Below, in pieces: positions 40,494-51,091 of a stretch of 64,000 nucleotides of DNA. Below the pieces are notes generated by a model, which was not told the origin of the DNA, searched no databases, and saw only the letters and a list, made by a program, of their open reading frames with translations. The stretch is from Geopsychrobacteraceae bacterium (GTDB lineage Bacteria; Desulfobacterota; Desulfuromonadia; Desulfuromonadales; Geopsychrobacteraceae). Position numbers and translations under genes: made by a program. How positions within the stretch are numbered: position 1 is the first letter of the stretch; each line of letters opens with the position of its first letter. The stretch covers positions 3,936,001-4,000,000 of the forward strand of contig OY759353.1 of the NCBI GenBank assembly GCA_963662315.1, written 5' to 3'.

Positions 40494-42191
40494 TTAATTC
40501 TCTACTTGTATTGGCAGCGTTACCGTGAAGGTACTACCTTTGCCAAGTTCACTCTCAACTCTAATTTCACCACCATGGTTTTGCACAATTCCATAGCTGA
40601 TAGAGAGTCCAAGACCAGTTCCTTTACCAACATCCTTAGTGGTATAAAAAGGTTCAAATATCCGGGCCATGTCTTTTGGTGCAATTCCACTACCGGTATC
40701 AACAATAGATACATTAACATTTTTTTCATCACACCAAGTGCGCACCGTGATGGTTCCCTGGTCCTTGATTGCTTGGGCCGCATTTATCAGAAGATTAAGA
40801 AAAACTTGGTTCAATTGCTGTGGGTAACAATTAATTTTAGGGATATTCCCGAACTCATGTTGGACAGAGGCTACATATTTGATCTCGTTCCAAGCAATAT
40901 TCATTGTCGTCTTTATGGCCTCGTTCAGATCGATTAATGCGTAATCGGCTTGATCTACCCTGGAAAAAGTTTTTAAGTTCTGAACGATGTGCTTTACTCG
41001 TTCCGCGCCGTCCAGACTCTCAGTTATGAGATCTTTTGCATCCTCCGAGATATAATCGATCTTGAGTTTTTTCCTGATTTCAGCCAACTGAGCGTCGTTT
41101 GGAATGTCCGCAAGGGCTATCGCCTGATCCTCCACGGTAATGAATTCAGTCAGGTGCTCAATATATTTTCTGAGGCTGGAAAGATTGCTTATGATAAACC
41201 CCATCGGGTTGTTTATTTCGTGCGCCACACCTGCTGCCAATTGTCCGATGGATGCCATTTTCTCCTGTTGAATCAAATATGTCTGTGTTTGTTTTAATTC
41301 TTTTTCAGCTTTTTTTCTTTCAGTAATATCTTGGAGAATGACAACTGTGCCTGTGTACTTAAAACTAATATCCTGCATGCGATGAAAACGTGCCAGCACC
41401 TGGCATTCATTCCTGTTCGGCAATTCAATTAAATACTCGTATTCTTTTTCTTCGCCTGTCTCATAAAAACGAGACAACTCATCTTTCAACCATGGAAAAG
41501 ATATCCTTTTCTCTGGTTGTGAATAATAGTGTCCACCCGATTTAGCTGTGGGATCGATCATCTGTGCCCCAGGAAAATTCATATGAATAATACGTCTTTT
41601 ATCATCCAGTAGAAAAACTGCCGTCGGCAGACTTTCGAAAATGGTAAGAAACTTGTTCTTTTCATTGGTGATCCGGCGGTTGGTTTCCTGCAGTTCTCCA
41701 ATCGTCCGGTTCATTGTTTCACTCCTGCCCCATTCGGCGCAGAAAGCTATTTCAATCCGATCAAAGATTCGCTCAATAAAAAGTGAATACTTCCCTCCCT
41801 CATCATTGACTCCGTTTAAAGGCTCCTCTTCAGACCCTTGCTCTATGAGGTGGGACTCTCGGAGCAAATCAAGGTATGATTGTCGGTAATACTTCGTCAA
41901 ACCCAGGAACATCTCAAGCGGAATTCCACGGGATCTATGCTTCTGTGCCTCAAGAACTCCGAAAGCTGCAATGGGGTCGGAAATAAAGGTATCTTCGGAG
42001 GATAATTCCCAAGGATCGTCCGAAATAGCAAGTGCCGATATGATGGAGTCTGTCAACCCAGCAATTGAAATCCTCCAAGCTTCTTCTAAAGTTGAAGTAT
42101 AACGGCTGTAACCTGTTTTCACGGCATAATCACGGATACGACGCATTAGCCACTTTTCTTTTTCTTTGAGATGTTGTCCTAATGGATGCAT
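40494..42191 (-). CDS. sensor histidine kinase with the same N-terminal sensor as the adjacent DGC
   Basis: GQLAAGVAHEINNP, N box, DTGSG, FEPFYTTK, GTGLGL, GGEI. Confidence 0.93.
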   Translation of the reverse strand: MHPLGQHLKEKEKWLMRRIRDYAVKTGYSRYTSTLEEAWRISIAGLTDSIISALAISDDPWELSSEDTFISDPIAAFGVLEAQKHRSRGIPLEMFLGLTKYYRQSYLDLLRESHLIEQGSEEEPLNGVNDEGGKYSLFIERIFDRIEIAFCAEWGRSETMNRTIGELQETNRRITNEKNKFLTIFESLPTAVFLLDDKRRIIHMNFPGAQMIDPTAKSGGHYYSQPEKRISFPWLKDELSRFYETGEEKEYEYLIELPNRNECQVLARFHRMQDISFKYTGTVVILQDITERKKAEKELKQTQTYLIQQEKMASIGQLAAGVAHEINNPMGFIISNLSSLRKYIEHLTEFITVEDQAIALADIPNDAQLAEIRKKLKIDYISEDAKDLITESLDGAERVKHIVQNLKTFSRVDQADYALIDLNEAIKTTMNIAWNEIKYVASVQHEFGNIPKINCYPQQLNQVFLNLLINAAQAIKDQGTITVRTWCDEKNVNVSIVDTGSGIAPKDMARIFEPFYTTKDVGKGTGLGLSISYGIVQNHGGEIRVESELGKGSTFTVTLPIQVEN

Positions 42192-42270
42192 TGCGAAGTC
42201 TCCATTTGATTTTGGCGAGTTAAAACAGCAATTTTTCTAATCTTGAAATGCATTCCAGTTTACGGCCTTG

Positions 42271-42531
42271 CTAGCTGCGTACTCGACCGCCATAGGTGCG
42301 CACCAGCCTTTGAAGTTCTTCAATTGAAAGGATCTGCTTATTCCAATGAAGCATTGAGTGACAGTTGGGGCACCCTGGATGCAGATCTTCCTCGGAGTTG
42401 ATTTCGTATTCTCTACCTATTTCGGACAATGGTTTCAAGTGATGAACATGTCTATACCCCTTGCCTTGTTTGAGAAATAGTTTTTCCCTAAAACCTTTTG
42501 AAAGGCAGGTAGTTACATATATTGTGGCCAT
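42271..42531 (-). pseudogene. HNH endonuclease C-terminal fragment (McrA-like)
   Basis: HVHHLKPLSEIG.EY...DL.P.CPNCHSMLH; N-terminus missing. Confidence 0.65.
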
Positions 42532-42659
42532 CTTGATCTGAAATTTCAGGAAGTTTTGTTAAACGATGGACACCTAATATATTCATCGCCAATTTTCCGG
42601 TGTAATGAAAAATGCTTTTACCTGTTTTTTAAGTATACAACATTTCGATATTCTATGTG

Positions 42660-42863
42660 GCACAACGTGAGGGTCACCTGATGAACATTGCGCAGCTATT
42701 TTATCAGGTGTATTCGTTTGTATACATTCGGCACAGGCGTCTCGGCAAGGAGAGGTCTGGGAGAAGGCCGAGTGCAAAGCTGTGAGTCGACGAACAGAAA
42801 CAGTGGGCATCCGGGCAAGTGGAATTCCGTCGCTGGCGGAGCCCCCAGGCTACCTGATTATGG
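42660..42863 (-). other. attC site interrupted by a mini group II intron
   Basis: Plus strand GCACAAC...CACCTGA...TCAGGTG...TTGT | insert | TATGG rebuilds GTTATGG. Confidence 0.6.
42722..42858 (+). mobile_element. internally deleted group IIC-attC intron (137 nt)
   Basis: The 5' part matches the intron start at 54098 (ggcgtctc..aggagaggtctgg..cgagtgcaaagctgtgag.cgacgaacagaaacag); the 3' part cccccaggctacctgat matches the intron 3' end. Confidence 0.7.
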
Positions 42864-43031
42864 CCTGAACTTTCACAGCGCAAGCAACATTGTAATCGCA
42901 GAGCCTGGGCACAGTTCAGAGAACTGCTTGGTAGCCTTTATTGCCAGGTACGTAAAGCCACCTGTTTAAAGATAAATATAAACTAGTAAGTGCACATATT
43001 CAAAGGAGACAGGTCATAAACGATTCTAATA

Positions 43032-43135
43032 CGATTCTGCCCATGGATGCGACAGTATCGCTGGGCGGTCTGTTGACTGCTGGCTGCAACGATTAAGCGT
43101 AGATCGAATCAATTATCGTCAGTGTGCTTGACCTT
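43032..43135. repeat. fragment of the structured repeat found at 54.3-57.7 kb
   Basis: cgattctgcccatggatgcgacag.atcg.tgggcggtctgtt...cgtcagtgtg.ttgacctt. Confidence 0.85.
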
Positions 43136-43454
43136 TCAGCGGTTTTGACGGGAAAGAGAGAAGTGTATTTTTTTCTTGCATTTGATATTGTTAATATGTA
43201 ACTTCTAGTGAGCTCTTGCTAATGTAATTTTATTCTTTGTCTACCTCTGGAGTTTTATCAACTACCTATAATTATTTATAAAATAGTTATACCAACATGG
43301 TTCTGCTACATGGAAATGAAGATATAGAGATTTTTAAATTAGGTTTGTGCCTGAGATCAGCAGGTTTGCAAGTTTAATTAAAATTTTTTTCTTGCGGTTT
43401 TGAAGCTGCTTTTATTTCACGCCAAATGGATCGCTTTAGGGGGGATAACCTGGC

Positions 43455-45458
43455 ATGCAGAATATTCATTCGGAAGGAAATGTCGGATCTGCTGATCCTC
43501 TTTCTTCCATCATTCACTCTTTAACCGAACTTGTCCATCGCGCCGAAGATGATTTCCTGGCGCTGGGTGGAAACCTGCAACAGGTCCAACTTCAGTCTTC
43601 CCGTCAACGTCAACAGATCGCTGAATCCCTGACCATATTTGAGAACCAGGAAAATACTGGAGCATTGCAAGCCGTTTCCGCTTTTGTTGCCGACTGTCGC
43701 CGGAATACCCGCATCGCTCAGGACAGGGCGGTTGCTCAACGCGATAATCTTGCCAGGATGATGAGCCTGGTCGAGCGTATTGCGGGGCAGGGCGATTCCC
43801 TTGACCGAGTCGGTTTGTTTCTGCATGTCATCGGCGTCAATGCCGGTATCGAGTGCGCTAGGAGTCAGCGCATGGAAGCGATGTTCAAGGTGGTATCAAA
43901 AGATACCACGGGTCTGGCCGCACAGATTCGTCAGTCGACAGCGGGCTTAATTGAGAATGCCGCAAGCGCAGGTTTGGAACAGAAGCAGACCTTGGCCAAA
44001 GCACAGAAAAATATCGAGTTTTTCAACGAACTGGGGCGGCGGTCTGAAGAAATCACTCTGACTGCGTTTGCGAAGGTCCGTGAACTCATTAACCAGTCTC
44101 TGAGCATGGCCAATCAAGCAGAGCGAGCGGCGGCCAATATTACGGCCCAGGTGAACAATGTCATTATTGGCGTGCAGTTTCATGACAACCTCAGGCAGCG
44201 GGTTGAACATATCGCAAAGGCATTACAGGAACGGCAGCCCGATTCAGGTGATTCTGCCGAAGAGCGCAGAGGGAAAGAGTACCTGCTGATCGAGTTACAG
44301 AAAGCGCAACTGGATCGACTGATCGACGACCTCGGCCAACTGTATACAACTCAAGCGCAAGCCCTGGAAACAATCATCGCGGAAATTGCTGATTTAGAGC
44401 AGGGACTGGAGCGGATGACGGAACAACAATTGGCCGAAGGGACCCAGAATGGCCCGTTAAGCGCATTGCAGCACGGGTTATCAGCCATGGCTCAGTTGAA
44501 TGAGGATAGTCGTTTGCTGGGAGAATCAATAGCACAGAGCGCCCAGCGCGCCAGCGGTATCACCGCAACGATTCAAGGTGCCATCAAAAATACGATTGCG
44601 TTGGCGACCCACGTCAAAATTAATGCCTTGAATGCCATCATCAAGGCCGCCAAGTTCGGTCGAGACGGGCTGGCGCTACAAGTTCTGGCTCAGGGGATGG
44701 TTGGCGCGGCAAAGGATGCCCACCAAGCGATCGATGCTTTTTACGACATTCTCAGTCATTTGGATTCGTTGACACAGACAACCTGGGAGGATGGCTCTGC
44801 GGTCGCCGATTCAGAGGCAGGGCAACCTCAGCAATCTTTATTAGAACAAGCTGTTCATGATTTTAACGGGCGTCTGTTTTCGGTACGGAGTGAATGCAGA
44901 CAGTTGACGGAAAAACTGCAACGCGAGTTGCATGCGCTGACTTTTATTTGCCGTTTGAAAGACATGTTTGTGGAACATGGCAATTTAATTGCCGCCCATG
45001 CCGAGGCCGTGCATCCCGGCGATAAAGAGCTGGTGGCGCGTCTGCGACAACAGTTTGGGCAGCAGCTCCAAGAGCGTTATACGATGGAGCAGGAGCGCAG
45101 CGTGCACAACGGAGTGATCAACGATGCAAGTCTGATACAGGTCGTAGCTCCTTTAAGTACGCTGCCAGCTGAAAGCCCTGCCGAGATTGATTTGTGGGGG
45201 CTTGATGATCTGAGTGCACTTGATTCGGGGTGTCAGGAGAACGAAAGTGAACCCGCAACAGAGTCCGGCCTCACCGGTTCCGTTGCCGTAGAACTGTTTT
45301 GCAGCAACGGCGAAGAATCAGACCCCGACGGATCCTGTGCAAGGTCTACTGATTCAGATAGCTTGTTTTGCCCCCGCGACAATGACGAAAAAAGCTCGGA
45401 ATTGGATGAAAATAATAATGATCTCGAAGAGTTAGGATCCAATGTCGAACTTTTTTGA
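43455..45458 (+). CDS. atypical soluble chemoreceptor-like protein
   Basis: Two degenerate MCP hairpin tips (VIGVNAGIECAR; INALNAIIKAAKFG), QFHDNLRQRVEH, RYTMEQER, C-terminal NVELF; no TM segment. Confidence 0.75.
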   Translation: MQNIHSEGNVGSADPLSSIIHSLTELVHRAEDDFLALGGNLQQVQLQSSRQRQQIAESLTIFENQENTGALQAVSAFVADCRRNTRIAQDRAVAQRDNLARMMSLVERIAGQGDSLDRVGLFLHVIGVNAGIECARSQRMEAMFKVVSKDTTGLAAQIRQSTAGLIENAASAGLEQKQTLAKAQKNIEFFNELGRRSEEITLTAFAKVRELINQSLSMANQAERAAANITAQVNNVIIGVQFHDNLRQRVEHIAKALQERQPDSGDSAEERRGKEYLLIELQKAQLDRLIDDLGQLYTTQAQALETIIAEIADLEQGLERMTEQQLAEGTQNGPLSALQHGLSAMAQLNEDSRLLGESIAQSAQRASGITATIQGAIKNTIALATHVKINALNAIIKAAKFGRDGLALQVLAQGMVGAAKDAHQAIDAFYDILSHLDSLTQTTWEDGSAVADSEAGQPQQSLLEQAVHDFNGRLFSVRSECRQLTEKLQRELHALTFICRLKDMFVEHGNLIAAHAEAVHPGDKELVARLRQQFGQQLQERYTMEQERSVHNGVINDASLIQVVAPLSTLPAESPAEIDLWGLDDLSALDSGCQENESEPATESGLTGSVAVELFCSNGEESDPDGSCARSTDSDSLFCPRDNDEKSSELDENNNDLEELGSNVELF

Positions 45459-45486
45459 ACTCAGATAATAAGGAGAATAAACAATC

Positions 45487-45849
45487 ATGGCTGCAACGAT
45501 TTTAACCGTGGATGATTCAAAAAGTATCCGCCAAATGGTGTCTTTTACCCTTCAGCAGGCTGGATATCAGGTCCTTGAAGCAGGCGATGGTAAGGAAGCC
45601 ATGGCGTTGTTGAATTCGCAGGTCAAGCTGGTTTTGTCAGATTTGAATATGCCGAATATGGACGGAATCGCCCTGATAAAAGAAATCCGCAGTACGCCGG
45701 GGTTTAAATTTTTACCGGTGATCATGCTGACGACTGAAAGTCAGGATTCCAGAAAGCAGGAAGGTCGTGCTGCCGGCGCAACCGGTTGGATTGTCAAACC
45801 TTTTAACCCAGAGCAATTGCTCGCCGTGGTGAAAAAGGTTCTTGGTTAG
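45487..45849 (+). CDS. cheY: chemotaxis response regulator
   Basis: VDDS, SDLNMP, LTTE, GWIVKPF. Confidence 0.92.
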   Translation: MAATILTVDDSKSIRQMVSFTLQQAGYQVLEAGDGKEAMALLNSQVKLVLSDLNMPNMDGIALIKEIRSTPGFKFLPVIMLTTESQDSRKQEGRAAGATGWIVKPFNPEQLLAVVKKVLG

Positions 45850-45886
45850 AGGCCGGCTCAGAAGGTGATGCAAAACGGAGGGTACT

Positions 45887-46231
45887 ATGCTTGCACTCAA
45901 TGAGGAAGTCGCTTCCGACGGTGCTTTGGTCGTGAGCCTGGAGGGAGACGCAACGGTGGAGAATCTCGACCGGGTTAAGCAGGTGCTGTTGGCGGCACTA
46001 CTTAACAATGATCGCGTTTTGGTGAATTGCGACCGGCTTGAAGCCATCGATATATTTTTCATCCAGCTGCTTTGTTCCGCTCATCGCACCGCAGCTGCCC
46101 GCGAAAAAGAATTCGTCCTGCTTGGTTCTCTTCCTCCCTCCCTGCGTGACACCATCAAAGTGGCCGGTTTTATTCGTCAACACAGCTGTCGCTCTGGCAG
46201 GGGCGGTAAGCGGGATTGTTTGTGGGTTTGA
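45887..46231 (+). CDS. STAS domain protein
   Basis: L.G..T, ID...IQLL.SA, typical position between cheY and cheA. Confidence 0.8.
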   Translation: MLALNEEVASDGALVVSLEGDATVENLDRVKQVLLAALLNNDRVLVNCDRLEAIDIFFIQLLCSAHRTAAAREKEFVLLGSLPPSLRDTIKVAGFIRQHSCRSGRGGKRDCLWV

Positions 46232-46268
46232 TAAGCCGGACCAGCTTATTGGGTAAGGATATTTCATC

Positions 46269-48392
46269 ATGATGGACGAACAGTACAGCCAAGCGTTTAA
46301 AGAGGAAGCTGAGGAGCTTCTTGGACAACTGGAAAGTTCCCTGCTCGAACTTGAGGAGACACCGGACGACATGGAGCTGGTGGCCAAGGTCTTCCGGGCC
46401 ATGCATACCATTAAAGGCTCCGGGGCCATGTTCGGATTTGATGAAATTTCTCGTTTTACCCATGAAGTCGAAACTGTTTATGACCTGGTTCGGAACGGGA
46501 AGCTCCCGGTTTCGAAAGAGTTTATCAACCTTTCGCTAAGCGCTCGCGATCATATCTGCAGCCTGCTTGCCGATGGCGAAGGGAGGTCTGGCTCTGCCGG
46601 GAATGGAGAGACGCTGATCGCATCTTTCCAAAACCTCATCCCCGGCAAGCCTGCACCCCGTCAGGAAGCCGTTGCTGTGGCACCGGAACCGGAGGATGCA
46701 GAAGGGGTGACCTATCGTATTCGCCTGACCCTTCCAGAAAATATTATCCTCAGTGGGACGCGTCCGGACAGTTTACTGCGTGAACTCAACGACCTGGGTT
46801 CCTGTCGGGTGGTCGCTCAGGGAGATCGGATTCCGTTGCTGGATGAACTCGTTCCAGAGAGCTGCCATGTGTACTGGGATCTCATTTTGACAACGGATCG
46901 GGGCGTCAATGCCATCAAAGATGTTTTTATCTTTATTGAAGAGGATATCGATCTGAGGATCGATGAAATTGACGATGGTTTGCTGCTGGATGAGGACCCT
47001 GACTATAAACGGTTAGGTGAGATCCTGGTGGATCGTGGGGACCTGTCCCAGGACGATCTGAACGCCCTGTTGGCAGAAGCAAAACCCCTTGGACAAAAAC
47101 TCATTGATACCAGCAAGGTCCCGGTAGACAAGATCGAAGCTGCTTTGCAGGAACAGCAGCTGGTGCGGACCGCCCGTAACCGAAGGCAATCCAAGGAAGC
47201 TGAAAGCAGTGTCAGAGTGCCTGCCGAACGGCTTGATGACCTGGTCAATATGGTTGGTGAGCTGGTGACGGTTAAAGCCCGCTTGGCCCGGGCTGCTGCA
47301 CTTCTGGGGAATTCTGAGCTCACGGAAATTGCCGAAGAAGTGGAACGTTTGACCGACGAACTGCGTGACACCTCCCTGACCATGCGCATGTTACCGATTG
47401 GCGCAACATTCAGTAAGTTCAAACGCCTGGTGCGCGACCTGTCCGCTGGCTTGGGCAAGAAAGTGGAATTGAATACCGAAGGGGCGGAGACCGAGATTGA
47501 TAAAACCGTCATTGAAAAACTGAATGACCCGTTGGTGCATCTGATCAGGAACTGCCTCGATCATGGTATTGAGTCGCCTGAAGAAAGGGCTTCCGCCGGC
47601 AAGCCAAAGGTCGGGACCGTTGTCATGACGGCCGGACACGTCGGCGATTATGTTGAAATCACCATCAAAGACGACGGGAGGGGGTTGGATCGAGAGGCCA
47701 TTTTGGCCAAGGGGATCGAGCGGGGCCTGGTTGCTGCGGATGCCGAGTTAAGCGACCAACAGATCTTTGAGCTGATTTTTGCCGCCGGTTTTTCCACTGC
47801 CCGGAAAATTACGGATGTTTCCGGACGCGGGGTGGGGATGGATGTGGTCAAGCAGGCCATTGATGGGTTACGCGGGGGCATCAGCATTGCCAGCCAGCCA
47901 CAGCAAGGAACGACGATTAACATCCGGATTCCATTGACTCTGGCAATTGTCGAAAGTCTGCTGGTGCGAATCGGTGAAGAAACTTACGCCATTCCGTTGT
48001 CTATCGTTGAAGAGTGTGTCGAACTGGCCGAAGAAAAGATCGAAAAACAGGGTCGTCACCTGATCAATGTGCGGGGGAAGCTGGTTCCCTATATTCCTTT
48101 GCGAGAACAGTTTGCCACCAGCGGCCGGCCAGCGCGCTTCCAGCAAATCATTATTACCCGGCTGCAGGGCAACCGGGTCGGTTTCGTGGTCGATCAGGTT
48201 ATCGGTCAGCATCAGAGTGTCATCAAGACTCTCGGGCGCATGTATAAGGATTTGAAAGCGTTTTCCGGCGCGACCATTCTGGGAGACGGCAGCGTCGCTT
48301 TGATTCTCGATGTCAATCATCTGTTTCGGCAAGTTGAGCAGGGCCAAGGGCAGCTTGGCACCGAGGTCAAAACCGTCGCAATAGGACAATAA
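46269..48392 (+). CDS. cheA: chemotaxis histidine kinase
   Basis: FRAMHTIKG (Hpt), HLIRNCLDHGIE, DDGRG, SGRGVGMDVV, CheW-like domain. Confidence 0.97.
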   Translation: MMDEQYSQAFKEEAEELLGQLESSLLELEETPDDMELVAKVFRAMHTIKGSGAMFGFDEISRFTHEVETVYDLVRNGKLPVSKEFINLSLSARDHICSLLADGEGRSGSAGNGETLIASFQNLIPGKPAPRQEAVAVAPEPEDAEGVTYRIRLTLPENIILSGTRPDSLLRELNDLGSCRVVAQGDRIPLLDELVPESCHVYWDLILTTDRGVNAIKDVFIFIEEDIDLRIDEIDDGLLLDEDPDYKRLGEILVDRGDLSQDDLNALLAEAKPLGQKLIDTSKVPVDKIEAALQEQQLVRTARNRRQSKEAESSVRVPAERLDDLVNMVGELVTVKARLARAAALLGNSELTEIAEEVERLTDELRDTSLTMRMLPIGATFSKFKRLVRDLSAGLGKKVELNTEGAETEIDKTVIEKLNDPLVHLIRNCLDHGIESPEERASAGKPKVGTVVMTAGHVGDYVEITIKDDGRGLDREAILAKGIERGLVAADAELSDQQIFELIFAAGFSTARKITDVSGRGVGMDVVKQAIDGLRGGISIASQPQQGTTINIRIPLTLAIVESLLVRIGEETYAIPLSIVEECVELAEEKIEKQGRHLINVRGKLVPYIPLREQFATSGRPARFQQIIITRLQGNRVGFVVDQVIGQHQSVIKTLGRMYKDLKAFSGATILGDGSVALILDVNHLFRQVEQGQGQLGTEVKTVAIGQ

Positions 48393-48457
48393 AGGCCGAG
48401 CCAGTTGCGGCCGGTCCATAGTGAGATCTTGTACGCGAACCAGCAGGGAGTACTGCA

Positions 48458-48937
48458 ATGGAAAAAGCAAGCCTTATTGATGCCAACCAGTATCTAACCT
48501 TCAAGCTTGGAGATGAGGAATTCGGCCTGACTATCGCAAAAGTGCGAGAGGTGTTGGATTTTACCAGCCTGACCAAGGTTCCTCAAACCCCGGACTATAT
48601 GTGTGGCGTGCTCAATCTGCGTGGCAGTGTCGTCCCGGTGGTCGATCTGAAATTGAAGTTTGGTCTTCAGCAAACAGTAAGAACGGTGAATACCTGTATC
48701 ATCATTGTCGAGATCGAAATTGATGGTGAAATTACCGTGTTGGGGATTCTGGCCGATGCTGTCCATGAGGTTGTGGAAATCGCTGCCGAGCAGGTTGAGC
48801 CGGCGCCAAAAATAGGGACCCGGCTTGATACCGCTTTTATCCAGGGGATGGGGAAACTGGAGGAAGATTTTGTGGTCATTCTTGATATCGACAAAGTTTT
48901 TTCTCTGGATGAAATTGCCGGAGTCAGGTCGGTTTGA
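48458..48937 (+). CDS. cheW: chemotaxis adaptor
   Basis: QYLTF.L, GVLNLRG.VVPVVDL. Confidence 0.95.
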   Translation: MEKASLIDANQYLTFKLGDEEFGLTIAKVREVLDFTSLTKVPQTPDYMCGVLNLRGSVVPVVDLKLKFGLQQTVRTVNTCIIIVEIEIDGEITVLGILADAVHEVVEIAAEQVEPAPKIGTRLDTAFIQGMGKLEEDFVVILDIDKVFSLDEIAGVRSV

Positions 48938-49051
48938 TTGGCCACGTAGCAGCCTTTGCCTGTGATCGGGTTTCCAGCATGATCAGGGCAGGCAGAGCAC
49001 GAATATTTAAACAGAGCAGGGTAAATTAATCGCACGCTTTGCACAAAGGAA

Positions 49052-51061
49052 ATGCATATGTTCGCAAAAATGAAGCTGGGGAAAAAAATCGGTGGTGGTT
49101 TTTTTGTAGTTCTGGTGTTGACTGGTGTCATCGCATTGACCGGGTGGTTCGGGCTGGACAATGTTGTGCAACAGCAAGAGCAAATGTCCGAAATCGATGC
49201 AATTGTTAAACAGTTTCTTACTATTCGTGAAGAAAACAAATCCTACATCATCACGGCAGATAAGCAGAATTATGAAAAGGCGGTGACTGCGGGCACAGCG
49301 CTTACCAGCCACATTCAGGAACTGCTTGGCCGTTATGAAGATCAGGGGATGCGTCAGGCACTGGAAAAAATTCAAGACGGGTTGAATCGCTATGAGAAGA
49401 GCATGAGCGAGTATGTTGCCCTGGATGACGAAAAAGCCGCTCTGTTTAAACGTTGGGGAGACCTTGGCTGGTCATTTACTGATATCCTGGCCAACCTGAC
49501 CCGGCAGGAAATCTTACCCAAGCTGCAAGAGGCTATGGCCAATAACGATCTGAAGGAATATGCACAGCTGTCGGACATCCAGGAATTTTTGAAAGAGAAT
49601 GTCAGGCAGGAATTTTTGTTGTTGCGGGTGAGTGCCGTGTATTTCATCTGGCAGGCGAATGAAGTCTCTTGGAACAAGTTTCAAAGTCAGGTGGATAAAG
49701 TTCGTTCCGGGCTTGTCAACTGGCAAAAGAGCGTGGTCGATTACCCGCAGATGGTGACGGTGGGGGCGAAGATAGCCTCCCTGATCGACGAATATCTGCA
49801 GATTGGTAACACCTATCATCAGGCTTTTCTTGATCAGAGCAAAAAGAATGACGAAATGCTGGCTGCCGCAGTCGGGGTCGGAACCCTTTCAGCTCAAGCC
49901 AGCAAGACGCAGAATGAGCATATGCAAGCCCAGGTCAACAGGTCTCAGCTGCTTATGGCCGTATGTACGGGCGTATCGATTGCCGGCGGCATTTTTATCG
50001 CTATTCTGATTACCCTTGGCGTACTTAGGCAGATCGGTTGCGATCCGCTGGTGATTGCCGAAGTCAGCCGAAAGATCAGCGACGGCGACCTCACCGTGGC
50101 GATGGATTTGCCAGTGAAAAACGAAAATAGCGTTTATGCCATATTGAAAAAAATGGTCGAGAAACTGCAAGCGGTGGTTACCGATGTGACGATGGCTGCG
50201 CACAATGTTGCTGCAGGCAGTCAGCAGTTATCGGCCAGTTCGGAAGAGATGAGTCAGGGGGCTACCGAACAGGCTGCAGCTGCGGAAGAAGCCTCCAGTT
50301 CCATGGAGCAGATGGCGGCTAATATTCGCCAGAATGCGGACAATGCCATGCAGACCGAACGAATTGCCGTCAAAAGTGCCGATGATGCCCGGACCGGAGG
50401 CGAATCCGTGGCTAAAACCGTTACGGCAATGCGCGATATTGCAGGTAAAATATCCATCATTGAAGAGATTGCCCGGCAAACCAACCTGCTGGCTTTGAAT
50501 GCGGCAATCGAAGCGGCCCGGGCCGGAGAGCATGGTAAAGGGTTTGCCGTTGTTGCTGCAGAAGTTCGGAAGCTGGCAGAGCGCAGCCAGAATGCCGCAG
50601 CTGAAATCAGCGAACTGTCGGCAAGCAGTGTCGAAGTTGCCGAGCAAGCCGGTGCCATGTTGGAAAGGATGGTGCCGGATATCCAGCGGACTGCTGAACT
50701 GGTGCAGGAAATCACAGCGGCCAGCAAGGAACAGGATACCGGTGCCGAGCAGGTCAACCGGGCGATTATTCAACTCGATCAGGTTATCCAGCAGAATGCC
50801 TCCGCTTCTGAAGAAATGGCTTCAACCGCCGAGGAATTGTCCAGTCAGGCCGAGCAACTCCAGGAAACAATCGCATTTTTCCAGATCAAATCGGAAAGTT
50901 CCATTTTGAAGTCACGGCCTCATGTGCCGCAGATTGCCAAAACCTCGGTCAAAATCGTTGAGCAGCCAGCCAAGTTGAAGAAGGTGACGGCCGCAACGCA
51001 GGGATTGAATCTGGACATGGGGGGGGAAGATCGGCTGGATGACGAATTTGAACGGTTTTAA
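49052..51061 (+). CDS. methyl-accepting chemotaxis protein
   Basis: Two TM segments, [35 protein letters not shown]-terminal pentapeptide EFERF. Confidence 0.95.
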   Translation: MHMFAKMKLGKKIGGGFFVVLVLTGVIALTGWFGLDNVVQQQEQMSEIDAIVKQFLTIREENKSYIITADKQNYEKAVTAGTALTSHIQELLGRYEDQGMRQALEKIQDGLNRYEKSMSEYVALDDEKAALFKRWGDLGWSFTDILANLTRQEILPKLQEAMANNDLKEYAQLSDIQEFLKENVRQEFLLLRVSAVYFIWQANEVSWNKFQSQVDKVRSGLVNWQKSVVDYPQMVTVGAKIASLIDEYLQIGNTYHQAFLDQSKKNDEMLAAAVGVGTLSAQASKTQNEHMQAQVNRSQLLMAVCTGVSIAGGIFIAILITLGVLRQIGCDPLVIAEVSRKISDGDLTVAMDLPVKNENSVYAILKKMVEKLQAVVTDVTMAAHNVAAGSQQLSASSEEMSQGATEQAAAAEEASSSMEQMAANIRQNADNAMQTERIAVKSADDARTGGESVAKTVTAMRDIAGKISIIEEIARQTNLLALNAAIEAARAGEHGKGFAVVAAEVRKLAERSQNAAAEISELSASSVEVAEQAGAMLERMVPDIQRTAELVQEITAASKEQDTGAEQVNRAIIQLDQVIQQNASASEEMASTAEELSSQAEQLQETIAFFQIKSESSILKSRPHVPQIAKTSVKIVEQPAKLKKVTAATQGLNLDMGGEDRLDDEFERF

Positions 51062-51091
51062 TCTGAAGCGGCAGCAGTAGGGGGGGCAGTC

